Positions 63,500 through 64,000 of a stretch of DNA of 64,000 nt are shown in pieces. Below the pieces are notes generated by a model. That model saw nothing but the letters and a program-made list of their open reading frames with translations. It did no database searches and was not told the DNA's origin. The number at the start of each line of letters is the position of its first letter. Position 1 is the stretch's first letter. Origin of the DNA: Octopus vulgaris (lineage: Eukaryota); contig OX597832.1 of assembly GCA_951406725.2 (NCBI GenBank), positions 3,782,001 to 3,846,000 of the forward strand, in the 5' to 3' direction. A program made the translations under genes and the position numbers.

Positions 63500-64000
63500 T
63501 ACAAGCGTCGGTTGAAAAGTTCAAAGGCTGACCAAGATACTTTCATGGAATGTAACCAAATGAAGTATATTTCCTTCTTCCATCGGTGTTGCCGTGTTTG
63601 GATCCCGTTGGTGAAGAAGCTTTCATCCTGTTGCTCAAAAAACTCATCAACACCAGATACTGCATCATGACCATTGAGATATTGGTTCCCAGCCAAGTGT
63701 TTTGTTCATGTTGGGGAAACAGCTGATAATCAGATGGGGGCCAAATCAGGAGGGCGGGGCGGTGATCAAACCAGTTCAATGCTACAGTTACGCACAGCAG
63801 CCACAGGAACGAAGAACTTGCGTGCTAGAGCATTGTCCTGATGAAACAAAACCCCTTGCGTCAGTTTTCCCGGGGCGTTTGGTTCTGATAGCCTTTCGTA
63901 ACCGTCTGAACAAGTTGGCACCGTATTCTCCATTGGTGGTAGACACATGCATCTATTTGTATACTTAAACCTTTGCAACTGGATTAATAGCCTATGATTA
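63500..64000 (-). pseudogene. Mariner element 3' part (runs off the window)
   Basis: PGKLTQGVLFHQDNA, frameshifted PDLAPSDYQLFP; TIR-like TA|CAAGCGTCGGTTGAAAAGTTC. Confidence 0.8.

Overview
AT-rich, microsatellite-dense animal genomic DNA. The tRNA-derived SINE families and repeat landscape suggest a coleoid cephalopod, probably Octopus; this is an inference, not a database result. The only host coding sequence I can support is the last two exons (10975-11193, 11756-13130, + strand) of a kexin/furin-family proprotein convertase: end of the S8 domain, a P domain with RGE instead of RGD, and a long basic tail. The rest is mobile DNA: Helitrons, hATs, Tc1/mariner relics, R4/Dong-like and RTE LINE fragments, Penelope-like elements, a solo LTR, MITEs and about 20 SINEs. 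Highlights: (1) sequence-diverse hammerhead ribozyme motifs, two with complete folds (32385-32488 +, 30080-30195 -), some inside long fold-back repeats; (2) an apparently intact SPIN/Buster-like hAT with perfect TIRs and TSD, nested in a Helitron that is itself inside a decayed hAT; (3) a three-part inverted templated mosaic at 4015-4665; (4) a CpG-rich promoter-like island at about 52100-52340 with clustered splice donors. Boundaries of degraded repeats are approximate because they were read by eye.
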